A stretch of 64,000 nt of DNA from Nitrospira sp. (GCA_047150005.1 AP038806.1:864001-928000), one strand, 5' to 3'. Shown: positions 10,622 through 20,825, counted from the stretch's first letter. Program-made: numbers and translations. The notes: generated by a model from the sequence alone, not told the origin.

Positions 10622-10670
10622 ATTGGTCCAATTGATTATCAATGAATCACTGATTTATATTATTTATCGT
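10622..10670. promoter_or_regulatory. AT-rich divergent promoter region with dyad attgat-t-atcaat (10631-10643), candidate OxyR/LysR operator
   Basis: AT-rich palindromic stretch directly upstream of the LysR gene in otherwise GC-rich DNA. Confidence 0.4.
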
Positions 10671-10683
10671 ACTGGAATCGACG

Positions 10684-11601
10684 ATGACACTGACGGAGCT
10701 GAAATATCTGGTCGCGGTGGCTCAGGAACGCCACTTTGGGCGGGCGGCGGAATGCTGCTTCATCAGCCAGCCGGCCCTGAGTCTGGCCATCCGGAAGCTC
10801 GAAGAACATCTCGGCACACCGATTTTTGAGCGGCGCAAGAACCAAATCACGTTGACGCCTATAGGAGAGAAAATCGTGCAGCAGGCGCAGCGGGTATTGG
10901 AAGAAGCGGAGCAGATCAATCTGATCGTGGCGGGCGGGAAGGACCAGCTCGTCGGCGCGTTCAAGCTGGGCGTGATCGCAACGGTCGGCCCGTATGTGCT
11001 TCCGGATCTGATTCCCCTCCTGCACAAGCGGGCACCCAAGATGCCGCTGGTGATCGAGGAAAACTTGACGGCGAACCTGAACCGTATGCTGGTCCAGGGC
11101 CAGCTCGACGCGATTATTGTCGCCCTGCCGCATGAGGAGTCCGGCATTCTCACAAAGCCGCTCTACGAAGAGCCCTTCAAGGTCGTCGTCCCGATAACGC
11201 ACGCGTGGGCAAGAAAGAAGCGCATCGACGCGGACGACCTGGCGGAGGAAAAAGTGATACTGCCTCACGCGGGCCATTGCTTCCGCCGTCAGGTACTCGA
11301 CCATTGTCCCGATATCAGCCGGTCGGATCGGGAAGGCGTGCAGGGCAACTCTCTTGAAACCATCAGGCAGATGGTGGCCTCGGGCCTTGGCATCACGGTG
11401 CTCCCCTGTAGTGCCCTCTCGCAAAGACATGAGCACAAGCGGCTTGCCGCGATTGCGTTTGCCGAGCCGGTGCCGGAACGGCAGATCGGGCTGGCGTGGC
11501 GGAAGGGGTTTGCGCGACCGGCCACGCTGGACGTGATCGAGGATGCGGTGGGCGAGCTGAAACTTCCCGGGTTGACGATGCAGAAGGGAAACAGAACGTA
11601 A
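10684..11601 (+). CDS. oxyR: Hydrogen peroxide-inducible LysR regulator OxyR
   Basis: LysR HTH (HFGRAAECCFISQPALS) and redox pair GHCFRRQVLDHC (C-x8-C). Confidence 0.88.
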   Translation: MTLTELKYLVAVAQERHFGRAAECCFISQPALSLAIRKLEEHLGTPIFERRKNQITLTPIGEKIVQQAQRVLEEAEQINLIVAGGKDQLVGAFKLGVIATVGPYVLPDLIPLLHKRAPKMPLVIEENLTANLNRMLVQGQLDAIIVALPHEESGILTKPLYEEPFKVVVPITHAWARKKRIDADDLAEEKVILPHAGHCFRRQVLDHCPDISRSDREGVQGNSLETIRQMVASGLGITVLPCSALSQRHEHKRLAAIAFAEPVPERQIGLAWRKGFARPATLDVIEDAVGELKLPGLTMQKGNRT

Positions 11602-11767
11602 CGTAAGGGGTTCCCTCAGGCCTTGGACCGACGGATATCCGTATTATTGCTCTGAGACAATTGACAGTTTGGGCGTTGCTTTTTGGTCGAACCAAGAGGA
11701 CAATTCGACGACTTACCGACAGGCCGAACCGGAGTCGGGCAACGCGGTGTACGCAAAGAAAGAAGTT

Positions 11768-13690
11768 ATGCTTCAGTGGTGCCCACAAATTCTGAAGCAG
11801 TTCCGTCCTCACATGCTGTTGTTCCTTCTTCTCCTCTCACCCCCTGCAAGTGCCGGGATCACAGTCGACGGCCGTGATGCGGCAGACTACGTCTCGGAGC
11901 AATCGGGGCAAGCCTGGGCCGTCGTCATCGGCATAGACGAGTACCAATATGCTCCGAAGTTGAGATATGCCGTGTCCGATGCCAGTGAGGTCGCGCGCGT
12001 GCTGGATGAGCAGGGCTTCCAGACCACCGTGTTGTTCGACCATCAGGCCACCCGCCGCGCCATCGTCGGGGAGCTGGGCGGCAAGCTCGTGAAGAAGGTG
12101 TCCCCTCGCGATCGGATCCTCATCTACTATGCCGGGCACGGGGTCGAGCAGAAGGTCGAAGGCGGGAAAGTGATGGGCTATCTCCTTCCGGTGGATGGGG
12201 AGATGGACGACTTCGCCGGAACCAGCATCAGCATGGGGCTGATCAAAGAGTTGGCCGATGCGCTGCCCTCGAAGCACGTCTTATTTGTGGTCGATTCCTG
12301 CTACGGAGGGATAGCGGGACAATCGTTCCGAAGCGCAAACTTGTCGAAAGCCACCGAAGACTATGTTCGGTTGATTACCCGAGAGCGGGGGCGGCAGGTC
12401 ATCACGGCAGGAGGCGCGGATCAGGAGGCCTTGGAATCTCCTGAATGGGGCCACAGCGTGTTCACCCACTACTTCTTGAATGGCCTCGAAGAGGGGTTGG
12501 CGGATCTCAACAACGACGGCATCATCCCCACCTCCGAGCTCTACACGTATCTGGACAGCAGAGTCTACGCCGCGGCACAGCTGAAGGGACACACGCAGAG
12601 GCCTGAATTGTGGTCCCTGGCGGCGGAGAAGGGCGAGTTTGTGTTCACGTACAGAAACAAGGCGCCCCGCCTTGCCGGTGAAGTCACAGCCGGAGCAAAG
12701 CAGTCACCCCGGCAGGCAGAGAAGTACGGCCAGCCCGCCAAGCCGACAAGCATGGATCAGGACTCCAGGACGGGCGGCGGACAGTACGCTATGAGACCGA
12801 AAGTGACCCAATCGACAACCAAGAGTGCTGGCTCCGCATCCACCGGCGCCTCGGATGTCCGTACTCTCGATCACGATCCTGCCGGCTGCACCTGGGTCGG
12901 CTCAACCGCACGGGTCCAGTTCGGCGAACACAGCACGAGACATCAGGCCCAGGCACAAGCTGTCTCTGAAGCGAGGGCGAAAGCCATGCGCCATTTTCTC
13001 GGCATCAAGGTGCAGAACAGTTTTGTGGATTTCATGCAGACAAACGATCTCAAGAGTCAGGCAACGTTGACTCACCAACTGTTGAGAATGACTCAGGAAG
13101 GGCACATCCTCAAAGAGGAGATCCTGTCATCGCGCGTGGAACACGGAGCCGCGTGCCAGAGTTGCGAATATGAAGTCACGCTGAAGGACTGCATTCTCCC
13201 GTCCAACAACCGCGGCGACCGAGACTTCAGGGTCTCGCTCGCCATGAACCGGAGTACATTTCGCGACGGGGACGAAGGCATGCTCTATATCAGTGCGACC
13301 AAAGATGCCTACGTCCACATCTACAGTATTGATGTAGACCAGAACGCGGTTCTCCTGTTTCCCAATCAGTACGCGAAGGACAACCTCATCCGCTCCGAGC
13401 GGCAATTCATCTTCCCGAGCGAAGACCTGCGCCAAAAGGGCATGAAACTGAAGGCCAGGCTTCCGGCGGGAGCATCAAGCTCCGCCGAGATGATCAGAGT
13501 CATCGCAACAAGTACCCCTGTGCCTCTGGCGCTCCTCGATCCAAATCAGGAAGGCCGAAGCGATCCTGATTCGCCAGTCGCGAAAGATCTCCAAGGGCAC
13601 GGGACCTATTTTCATCTCGTTGCAAACCTGCATCGTGCAAACGTGTCGTGGGTGGAAGACGGTCAGGCCTTCACGATCCATGAGAACTGA
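11768..13690 (+). CDS. Exported caspase-family (C14) protease with C-terminal DUF4384-like domain
   Basis: Signal peptide, AVVIGIDEY, YYAGHG, VVDSCYGG and GHSVFT motifs. C-terminal AYVHIYSID…LLFPN…IFP pattern. Start uncertain. Confidence 0.88.
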   Translation: MLQWCPQILKQFRPHMLLFLLLLSPPASAGITVDGRDAADYVSEQSGQAWAVVIGIDEYQYAPKLRYAVSDASEVARVLDEQGFQTTVLFDHQATRRAIVGELGGKLVKKVSPRDRILIYYAGHGVEQKVEGGKVMGYLLPVDGEMDDFAGTSISMGLIKELADALPSKHVLFVVDSCYGGIAGQSFRSANLSKATEDYVRLITRERGRQVITAGGADQEALESPEWGHSVFTHYFLNGLEEGLADLNNDGIIPTSELYTYLDSRVYAAAQLKGHTQRPELWSLAAEKGEFVFTYRNKAPRLAGEVTAGAKQSPRQAEKYGQPAKPTSMDQDSRTGGGQYAMRPKVTQSTTKSAGSASTGASDVRTLDHDPAGCTWVGSTARVQFGEHSTRHQAQAQAVSEARAKAMRHFLGIKVQNSFVDFMQTNDLKSQATLTHQLLRMTQEGHILKEEILSSRVEHGAACQSCEYEVTLKDCILPSNNRGDRDFRVSLAMNRSTFRDGDEGMLYISATKDAYVHIYSIDVDQNAVLLFPNQYAKDNLIRSERQFIFPSEDLRQKGMKLKARLPAGASSSAEMIRVIATSTPVPLALLDPNQEGRSDPDSPVAKDLQGHGTYFHLVANLHRANVSWVEDGQAFTIHEN

Positions 13691-13766
13691 TGAGTTTCGG
13701 CAGGAGGATGGCATGGGGAGCAATGACCATTCCTGTCGAGCAACCCATGTGGAGGAAGGATTCGCC

Positions 13767-15299
13767 ATGGACGTGTACCGGAGAGGAAGGATCTGGATCG
13801 TCTTTGCGGTCCTGATTCTGGCGACCAGCATGCCGTCCTGTGCCCCGACCAAACTTCCGTTGAACACCTCCGTCCCCGCGATGAAGCTGAAGAAGTTTCC
13901 AGCCAGCGCCGCAGTGGTAATTCCGGAGACGGTGCGGAATGGCGTCTCCACTCATGACGTGTCTTGCGCCGGCAACTATGAGATTCCTATCGGAGCGGAA
14001 TTGGAAACCGGGATCGCCGAGGCCTTGTCCCCGATCTTTGACAGCGTCGATGTGGTCAACGATAAGGGGCTGGCCGTCGGTCACTACGACGTCGTCGTCG
14101 AGCCCAAGCCGCTGCAACTCACGACGGACGGACATTGCCTGTCCAGAAGATTCCTGTACCTTCTCGGACCCTTCTATATCTTCACCAACCCGACCGACAG
14201 TTTTGAGGCAACGGCCGAAGTGCCGGTGACGGTGATGGACCGGCAGGGTCAAGCGATCCTCGCAGAGACGTTCAAGTCGAAGCTCCATAACAAGGACGCG
14301 CTGTTTCAGACTGCAGCCGACAAAGACAGCGCCGTGACGATCGTGTTACGGGAAGCCGTGATCGACGCTCTCCAGCAGATGGGCCGGGGGCTCGCGAACT
14401 CGCCGCAGATGGTCTCCTATGCCCGGAACATTCCCAAGAAACCGGCCGATCGAACCCAGGTCTCGGTGGCCCGCGCGGAACGATCGAGCGACGTTGACAT
14501 CCTCCCTCAAGTGGCGGTTAAGCCTCAGAAGACACGCTACGCCGTCATCATCGGCATCGAGCAATATCGCCAGAGCCTGCCGGTGGTGGAATTTGCGTCA
14601 CACGATGCGTACATCATGAGGGAATATCTCACGAAGACGCTCGGCTACCCGGATGAGAATGTCGTGCTGGTCGTCAATGAGCGGGCGGCGAAAAGCGATT
14701 TGGAAAAGTACATCGAACGCTGGCTTCCCAACCGGGTCGAGAAGGACAGCAGCGTGTTGATCTACTATTCCGGCCATGGGGCCCCGAATCCCACCACTCA
14801 GGAGGGATTCCTCGTTCCCTATGACGGTGACCCCACATTTCTGGAAATCACAGGGTACCCGCTGAAGCGGTTGTATGAGCAATTGGCCAAACTACCGGCT
14901 CGAGAGATCCTGGTCGTGCTCGATTCCTGCTTCTCCGGCTCCGGAGGGCGATCGGTCATTGCAAAGGGAGCCAGGCCGCTCGTGATCAGCATGGAGAATC
15001 CGGTCTTGGCCGGCGACAAGCTGGTGGTCATGACGGCGAGTTCAGCGTCGCAGATTTCCAGCACCTATGATCAGAAGAACCACGGGTTGTTCACATATTT
15101 CTTCCTCAAGGGACTGCAAGGCGCGGCGGATGCGAACAAGGATGGAGCGATCGACCTCGATGAATTGTATGGTTATGTGAAGCCGCAGGTGGCAGGAGTG
15201 GCGAGGCGAGAATTCAACAACGACCAAGTTCCTCAGTTGATCGCAAACCCAGAGGTGCTCAAGAGAGGTATGGACCTGCTACGCCGAGCGAATCCCTAA
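13767..15299 (+). CDS. Exported (probable lipoprotein) caspase-family (C14) protease
   Basis: ggagg RBS, hydrophobic N-terminus ending …MPSC, and AVIIGIEQY, YYSGHG, LDSCFSG and HGLFTYF motifs. Confidence 0.88.
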   Translation: MDVYRRGRIWIVFAVLILATSMPSCAPTKLPLNTSVPAMKLKKFPASAAVVIPETVRNGVSTHDVSCAGNYEIPIGAELETGIAEALSPIFDSVDVVNDKGLAVGHYDVVVEPKPLQLTTDGHCLSRRFLYLLGPFYIFTNPTDSFEATAEVPVTVMDRQGQAILAETFKSKLHNKDALFQTAADKDSAVTIVLREAVIDALQQMGRGLANSPQMVSYARNIPKKPADRTQVSVARAERSSDVDILPQVAVKPQKTRYAVIIGIEQYRQSLPVVEFASHDAYIMREYLTKTLGYPDENVVLVVNERAAKSDLEKYIERWLPNRVEKDSSVLIYYSGHGAPNPTTQEGFLVPYDGDPTFLEITGYPLKRLYEQLAKLPAREILVVLDSCFSGSGGRSVIAKGARPLVISMENPVLAGDKLVVMTASSASQISSTYDQKNHGLFTYFFLKGLQGAADANKDGAIDLDELYGYVKPQVAGVARREFNNDQVPQLIANPEVLKRGMDLLRRANP

Positions 15300-15338
15300 G
15301 GGTGTGCTGCCGAAGCCAGCCACGCAGCACGGCGGCTT

Positions 15339-16955
15339 CTACGGCACCACGAGACCGTCGGGAAGGCCTTTCGGTCCGCGTACGGAAATGCGATCGACCT
15401 TGTAGGAGTGCCAATTGAATCCTGCATTCACCCACACGCGAATTGAGAAGTACGGCTGGGAGCTTCCAATTCGCTTCTCTTGCAGATAGCTGCCGCCGCC
15501 GCTCCCGCTACTCAGCGGCCAATAGTACACTTCATCCAAGACCCACCCGTTCTTCAATCTGGTATTCACATAATATTCATTCGTGCCCTGCTTCCCTTGA
15601 AAGAGATCACTGCCGACCTGTGCGATATGGGACGACCAGGCGAATGACGGCTCCACCTGGTACACGTGATCCGAGACGTAGGGAGGGATCTTATAGTCGC
15701 GAATCTCTTGCATCGGCTCAAACCGAAACGGGGCCAGGTTGCTGGTCACAGTCTCTCCGGCCCGCTTAATGTAGACCGTTCCGCTGAAGCCCATGACGCC
15801 CGTCGCGTCAGGCACGGTTGCGAAGATCTGATTGTCGGTCCAGACAAGGCCCGGCGGCGCCTGAAGGTCCTTGCCTGGGGCAATGACGAAATGGACCTCA
15901 CCTCCAGCAGTCCCAAAGTTGCTGCCATTGATGAACAGCGGATCGCCGGGCTGACCCTGTCCTACGCTCAACGATGCGATGACGGGATTCGGCTGTAAGG
16001 TCATCCCGCCATAGGCCCGCAATCTGAGACCGCCGCGGCTGCTGATATCGTCCGTCCCTTCGCCTGCTGCAACGCCTTCCTCAGGGGTCTGTGGAACGTC
16101 ACTTTCAAGACCTCTCGGTTGCACCTGATCGCCCGCCGTCGAACCAACCGATGCCCCTCCGCCTTTTGTCCAGGCGGGGGACTGCCCTCCTGGGCTTCCG
16201 CCCATTCGACTCCGCAATTGATCAAGCTGAGGTTGGATCTGCGCCAACTGATTCGCGCGCGCCTGCTGCTGTTGCTGTTCGAAGTGAGCCTTACGTTGCA
16301 GGAACGCCTGTTCCAGTTGCGCGCCGATCTGTGAAGCAGCCTGCTGTTCTTGGCTCTGTCGAGCTGCGGCGCCCTGTTGCAAGGTCTGTTGCTGAGCGGC
16401 AATGGCGGATTGTACCTGCGCCTGGTTCACCGGCGGGTGCTGCACGTTGATGGTTCCCGATGCGCGGCCACCTTGCTGGGGCGGCATTGGCTGAGCGAGA
16501 CGAATCTGAATTGACCAGAAGGGGCTGCGCTGCACGTCTTGGGCAGTCGCGCTATAATTCATGCGCAACGCCCCCGTCGCTGGCTGCGTCGCTGGCTGGC
16601 CCCCGGGCGGGAGCAGCGTGACCAAAAGCGGGGCACCTTGCGCCTGAATGTCGAGCGCAATCGGCCCCGGTTGGGTGACCGCGAAGCCGAATGAGGCCGC
16701 TTCTGGTCCCTGCACCTCGAACTTTTGAGGAAATTTTGGAGCCTGCACGTTCGCTTGGCTTGCCCCTCCGGGCTGTACTGGAACTCCCTGCTTCACCTGT
16801 CGCTGCATCTGGCCGACCCCACGGCTTTCGACACCACCTTCTGCTGTCGTGGCGACATTCTCAGTCGATGAGCAGGCGGTCAAGACACCGACCATTGTGA
16901 CCAGTCCGCAGATCCATGCCGCGCCTCCGAGTTCACGATGACTTGAGCGTTCCAT
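15339..16955 (-). CDS. Lipoprotein, paralog 1 of the VESRG/IPT-TIG family
   Basis: Lipobox LTAC, VESRG, Gln-rich helix, IPT/TIG-like segment (GQPGDPLFINGSNFG…WTDNQI) and C-terminal GPKGLP. Confidence 0.8.
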   Translation of the reverse strand: MERSSHRELGGAAWICGLVTMVGVLTACSSTENVATTAEGGVESRGVGQMQRQVKQGVPVQPGGASQANVQAPKFPQKFEVQGPEAASFGFAVTQPGPIALDIQAQGAPLLVTLLPPGGQPATQPATGALRMNYSATAQDVQRSPFWSIQIRLAQPMPPQQGGRASGTINVQHPPVNQAQVQSAIAAQQQTLQQGAAARQSQEQQAASQIGAQLEQAFLQRKAHFEQQQQQARANQLAQIQPQLDQLRSRMGGSPGGQSPAWTKGGGASVGSTAGDQVQPRGLESDVPQTPEEGVAAGEGTDDISSRGGLRLRAYGGMTLQPNPVIASLSVGQGQPGDPLFINGSNFGTAGGEVHFVIAPGKDLQAPPGLVWTDNQIFATVPDATGVMGFSGTVYIKRAGETVTSNLAPFRFEPMQEIRDYKIPPYVSDHVYQVEPSFAWSSHIAQVGSDLFQGKQGTNEYYVNTRLKNGWVLDEVYYWPLSSGSGGGSYLQEKRIGSSQPYFSIRVWVNAGFNWHSYKVDRISVRGPKGLPDGLVVP

Positions 16956-17071
16956 CAGCCTCCTCCTTCTAGTCGTCTGATCTTTTCAACTCGCCAGCCT
17001 GCTGCCTGCCGAACAGATCCCGACAGATCAGGCATTTCCCGGGCCGTCCCCGCAAGCCCTTTCGCCTCGCG

Positions 17072-17371
17072 TTATCGCGTCGGAGGAATCGGCTTCATGC
17101 CCGGCGCCACTAAGTCCTTCTGCTGGACAGATGGAAGTTTTTGTTGCGGCGCGTCAATCCGTTTCTGCGCCGGATCGAATTTCTGCTGCGTAGCATCCGG
17201 TTTCATCCGGTCTCCGGACTGGCGCATTCCCTCCGGCGGCATCGGCGACGGGGACGACGAGGCCAACGCCGTCTGCACGTCGACGCCGACCGATGCACCC
17301 AACAGGGCAAATGCGACCGTCATTGCCAGTCTATTCGCACGTCCGACCTCATTGTTGTTGGATTGTCCCAC
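17072..17371 (-). CDS. Small secreted peptide with heptad xxxQQKx repeats
   Basis: GTG start with aaggagg RBS, hydrophobic leader ending ALA, and repeats DATQQKF/DPAQKRI/DAPQQKL/PSVQQKD. Confidence 0.75.
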   Translation of the reverse strand: MGQSNNNEVGRANRLAMTVAFALLGASVGVDVQTALASSSPSPMPPEGMRQSGDRMKPDATQQKFDPAQKRIDAPQQKLPSVQQKDLVAPGMKPIPPTR

Positions 17372-17394
17372 GGGCGTCCCTCCTTGATGAATGT

Positions 17395-18162
17395 TTACAG
17401 TTTGTCCAGCCGCTCCGTCACGGCCCGGATGTGGAGACGCATCCGCTCCGCCGCGTCGTCGGGCACGGTCATTCCTCGTTCAAGGCAATACTGTGTCAGA
17501 ACAGGATCCATGTCCGTCCAATCCTGCAGGGGCGCGTCGTTCCATTGATCGACGCCTTCGGCCACCTGATTCAGATCGGCCAGCAGGTCGTGGTCATTCG
17601 CCGCCACGCCGCGCAGTTTGACGGCCATGCGCCCGACCAACTCGACGTAACGATCGACGGCCTCGATGAACGGCTGCGCGCCTTGCGTCGTCAGGAAATC
17701 TTGAACCGTTCCTCCTCGACCGTACTCTCCCTCGGTCCGCGGATGGGGCGTCAGTTCGTGGAACGTTTCCCCTCCCTCGGCCGTCACGCGTCGCCCTAAT
17801 GGATAGAGCCGGCAGACCAATGGACGGTCCTCGTGCACGCCGCAGCCTTGATGAGTCAGAAATACGCAGGCGCCTTGATCCGTTCGTTTCAGAATCGTCC
17901 CGTTCGCCTCCGTATAGGTCGCCAGAAACTCTGTCGTGCTGATGCCACGGTTCTGCGCCAGTCGCGCGACCTCATAGGGATTCACCTGAATGGCCTTATC
18001 ATGACAGCAGCGGCGGCAGGCATGACAAGTGTAGGAGAACGCTGATGCCCGTGTGTAACGTCCATCAATCGAGCGCACCACGGGACGCATGGAACCAGCT
18101 TGCTCATTCTCAGAATTCATCTTCTTGATCGACCGATGGGTTGCGATCTGCTGTGGCGTCAT
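17395..18162 (-). CDS. YkgJ/FliB-like cysteine-cluster protein
   Basis: CHACRRCC, ACVFL…GCGVHEDRPLVCRLYP. The true start may be downstream of 18162. Confidence 0.88.
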   Translation of the reverse strand: MTPQQIATHRSIKKMNSENEQAGSMRPVVRSIDGRYTRASAFSYTCHACRRCCHDKAIQVNPYEVARLAQNRGISTTEFLATYTEANGTILKRTDQGACVFLTHQGCGVHEDRPLVCRLYPLGRRVTAEGGETFHELTPHPRTEGEYGRGGTVQDFLTTQGAQPFIEAVDRYVELVGRMAVKLRGVAANDHDLLADLNQVAEGVDQWNDAPLQDWTDMDPVLTQYCLERGMTVPDDAAERMRLHIRAVTERLDKL

Positions 18163-18348
18163 GGTCGCTGCGGCCTAATCGAGAATTCTACCCTTCGATC
18201 GGTTCCTTTTTGGGCCTACTTCTTCAGTCTGATTCGCGCTATCCTTGTCTCCACACGTCCATGCGATTGAACGACCTTCAGCATGCCGACGACACAGAAG
18301 CAGAGAGACACACCGTCATGTGACATCTACATCGCAAGGAGGTTTGCA

Positions 18349-18969
18349 ATGGGGCCTCTACCGAGATTTATCGTGGCTGCCCTGATCTGGTGCTGTTTCG
18401 AAATGCCGTCGCCGACACCGGCACAAACAGGAGCACAGACGTATCCGCCTTATCAGCCCTTCGTCGGGCAACTCATGATGACCGCCACAAATCGATGTCC
18501 GGTCGGGTGGGCAAAGGCCGATGGACAACTCTTGTCCGTCACGCAGTACAATCCGCTCTTTGCCCTGTTGGGGTATATGTATGGAGGAAGCGGGCAAACG
18601 TTTGCGTTGCCTGATCTTCGCGGGCGCGTCATGTTGCATTGGGGAAACGCCCCCGGAGGACTGGCGACCCAGGCGCCAGGACAACGAGGGGGTGAGGTGA
18701 TGCATGCCCTCACGGTGAATGAAATGCCCCCGCATCAGCACCCGCTGAATACCTCCACGGGACGAGCGACCGAATCCTCGGCGACCGGAAACTTGCTGTC
18801 GGCGCAGGAGGAGCACAGCTTCGTAAGACCCGAGATGGGCAAGACGACACCCTTGCACGCGATGTCCGTAGGCCCTTCGGGAGCCGGCGTTCCTCATAAT
18901 GTGATGCCGCCCTATCTCACGATTACGGTCTGCATTGCCTTGGAAGGTGTCTTTCCACATGATCCCTAG
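18349..18969 (+). CDS. Secreted phage tail-collar-domain (MdpB-like) protein
   Basis: aaggagg RBS, signal peptide, and CPVGWAKADGQLL, LFALLG…YGG, TFALPDLRGR, EMPPHQH and PHNVMPPYL motifs. Confidence 0.9.
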   Translation: MGPLPRFIVAALIWCCFEMPSPTPAQTGAQTYPPYQPFVGQLMMTATNRCPVGWAKADGQLLSVTQYNPLFALLGYMYGGSGQTFALPDLRGRVMLHWGNAPGGLATQAPGQRGGEVMHALTVNEMPPHQHPLNTSTGRATESSATGNLLSAQEEHSFVRPEMGKTTPLHAMSVGPSGAGVPHNVMPPYLTITVCIALEGVFPHDP

Positions 18970-19060
18970 CGATCCATGGAACACGCAATCTGTTGCTGGC
19001 GTCACGCGTTCTCGATAACACTCGCTTCCAATTTCTTTTCCGATACGTCCCGTAACTCTA

Positions 19061-20800
19061 TCAAGGCGTGAACTGCCCGCGCCGTCGACCCTCTGTCGGG
19101 CCGCAGGGCGCGCCGGCGCCAAACCAGGCGTTCACCTTCTGTTGCCAATTCAAACGCCCCAAGCCTGGTATCCTGTCCACCGCCCACAGAATGTTGACGT
19201 CATGCAGCAAATGCGTAGTGGGAGGCTGCAAGTTAATACCGCCGCGGGGCAACTTGAACTCGTCGCACATGCGCCCATCGATAGGCTGATCGAAAGAAAA
19301 TCTGAAATGCGGCGCTCTCCATCCGTCGGTAAATCCGGTTGCCGACGTATGGCAACTCTGACACTTGTTGACCCACTTATCTACATTGATAAATCCGTCA
19401 CCTCGCACAAAGACATCTCCACCGACGTTCGAAGGAGGTATTTCCTCGCGCGTGAACCGGCCTAACTGAATGTGCCGGAGATAGGTGTCATTTTCGGCAT
19501 GCATTTGGTGACAATTTTTGCATTTCGCGTTCTGTGTCACGGGGTAGATCGAATCAAAGGAACCGTCGATGGGTACGTTGAGCCGCCGGTGCTGCGGCTG
19601 ATAGAAGCAGCCTAACGCCGCATTGCAGACAGCGACCGTCCAATGGAGCGTGTGACCCACGAATGGCGAGAGGTCATGCGGCGGCGTGAATCCGAGAGCG
19701 TTCTGAACACGGGTGACGAAGACGTGCGGCTGTACCCCAGGCTGAACCGGACACGGCACATTCGGTTTGGCGATGCACACCAGGAAATACTCGACGCCAT
19801 ACTGGTTCCCATGAGTCCAGGAAAAAGTGGGAAGCAAATTGGGCAAGAGCACATAGTCGGCCGGCGCGCTCAACGTGGGAGGCAGAATCGTCCAAGTGAT
19901 GGGTTTGGGGGCGGATGATGCGCAACTTTCCGGCATCTGAGCCGGAATCTGACCGATGGCTCCCTGACCGGTTACCGGAACACAGGCGGTCACCGACCAC
20001 TGCAACTGCTTCCCTAGGAAGTGAAGCGGCAGCATCACGCCGTAGCGGTAGGTTGTCGATGAGCCGGTGGTTGTACCCGCCGGGCGTTCGAAATTCGGAT
20101 CGCCGGGCTTAGAGCCGAGAGGCGCCGACTGCTGCGTCTGCGACGGTTGAGTCAATATGATTCCGGTCGGGATCTTTACCACCACCGCTGGCGGCGCGGA
20201 ACAGGATTGATGTAATTCCATGACACAGATCTCGTAGCGAGCCTGCGCCGACTGTCCCACTCCCGGTAACCACTGGACCCCGAAGCTAGGCCCGGTAATG
20301 ACAGCGCCATCGGCCGGATAGAGGGCAATCGGCGCGACCACCGGCGTCATTCGCTTGAGGTTCAGGCCGGCTGCTTGGTTGAGTTGGAACGCCGTCACCG
20401 GTTGGGACAGATCGGCGCGGGATCGAATGCCGGTGTGACTGCCCTGAGCGTCCAGCGCCGTCTTGTCCGGCATGAGGAGGACCATATCCGTCCGATCCTC
20501 GTCAGTCGCAACCGCCAGCGCAAGCGGCAACTCCAACGATGCTTCGTGCGTCGTTGGCTGCGCCTGAATGAGGAACGGCGCTCCGCCGGAAGTTGGACTG
20601 AGTCGCAGTCTCGACTCCCCTGCCGGCTCGACCTGATAAGGGCCGGCTGGGACTTCGAGGTCGCTGCCGTCCGGGGCCGTGAAGTGGATTGGACGATCAA
20701 ACGTGACTGTTTGTTGGGAAGCCGCCTGTTGTGCGAGAGCCCAACCTGCAACGAGGCAGGCGATCACGAGTCCGATCTTGGCAACCGCGGAATAGCGCAT
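19061..20800 (-). CDS. Exported multidomain protein with two c-type heme motifs
   Basis: Signal peptide (…ALA), two FnIII-like repeats (…WSVTAC / …WTVAVC), CKNCH and CQSCH. Confidence 0.8.
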   Translation of the reverse strand: MRYSAVAKIGLVIACLVAGWALAQQAASQQTVTFDRPIHFTAPDGSDLEVPAGPYQVEPAGESRLRLSPTSGGAPFLIQAQPTTHEASLELPLALAVATDEDRTDMVLLMPDKTALDAQGSHTGIRSRADLSQPVTAFQLNQAAGLNLKRMTPVVAPIALYPADGAVITGPSFGVQWLPGVGQSAQARYEICVMELHQSCSAPPAVVVKIPTGIILTQPSQTQQSAPLGSKPGDPNFERPAGTTTGSSTTYRYGVMLPLHFLGKQLQWSVTACVPVTGQGAIGQIPAQMPESCASSAPKPITWTILPPTLSAPADYVLLPNLLPTFSWTHGNQYGVEYFLVCIAKPNVPCPVQPGVQPHVFVTRVQNALGFTPPHDLSPFVGHTLHWTVAVCNAALGCFYQPQHRRLNVPIDGSFDSIYPVTQNAKCKNCHQMHAENDTYLRHIQLGRFTREEIPPSNVGGDVFVRGDGFINVDKWVNKCQSCHTSATGFTDGWRAPHFRFSFDQPIDGRMCDEFKLPRGGINLQPPTTHLLHDVNILWAVDRIPGLGRLNWQQKVNAWFGAGAPCGPTEGRRRGQFTP

Positions 20801-20825
20801 TGCCTACCTCCCTTCGACCAACGCG

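Noticed and set aside
16180..16440. Gln-rich CAG/CAA runs as a tandem DNA repeat or array
   Set aside because: Low-complexity coding sequence of a helical linker, with no regular repeat unit.
18349..18969. Prophage suggested by the tail-collar gene
   Set aside because: No capsid, terminase, portal or other tail genes in the window.
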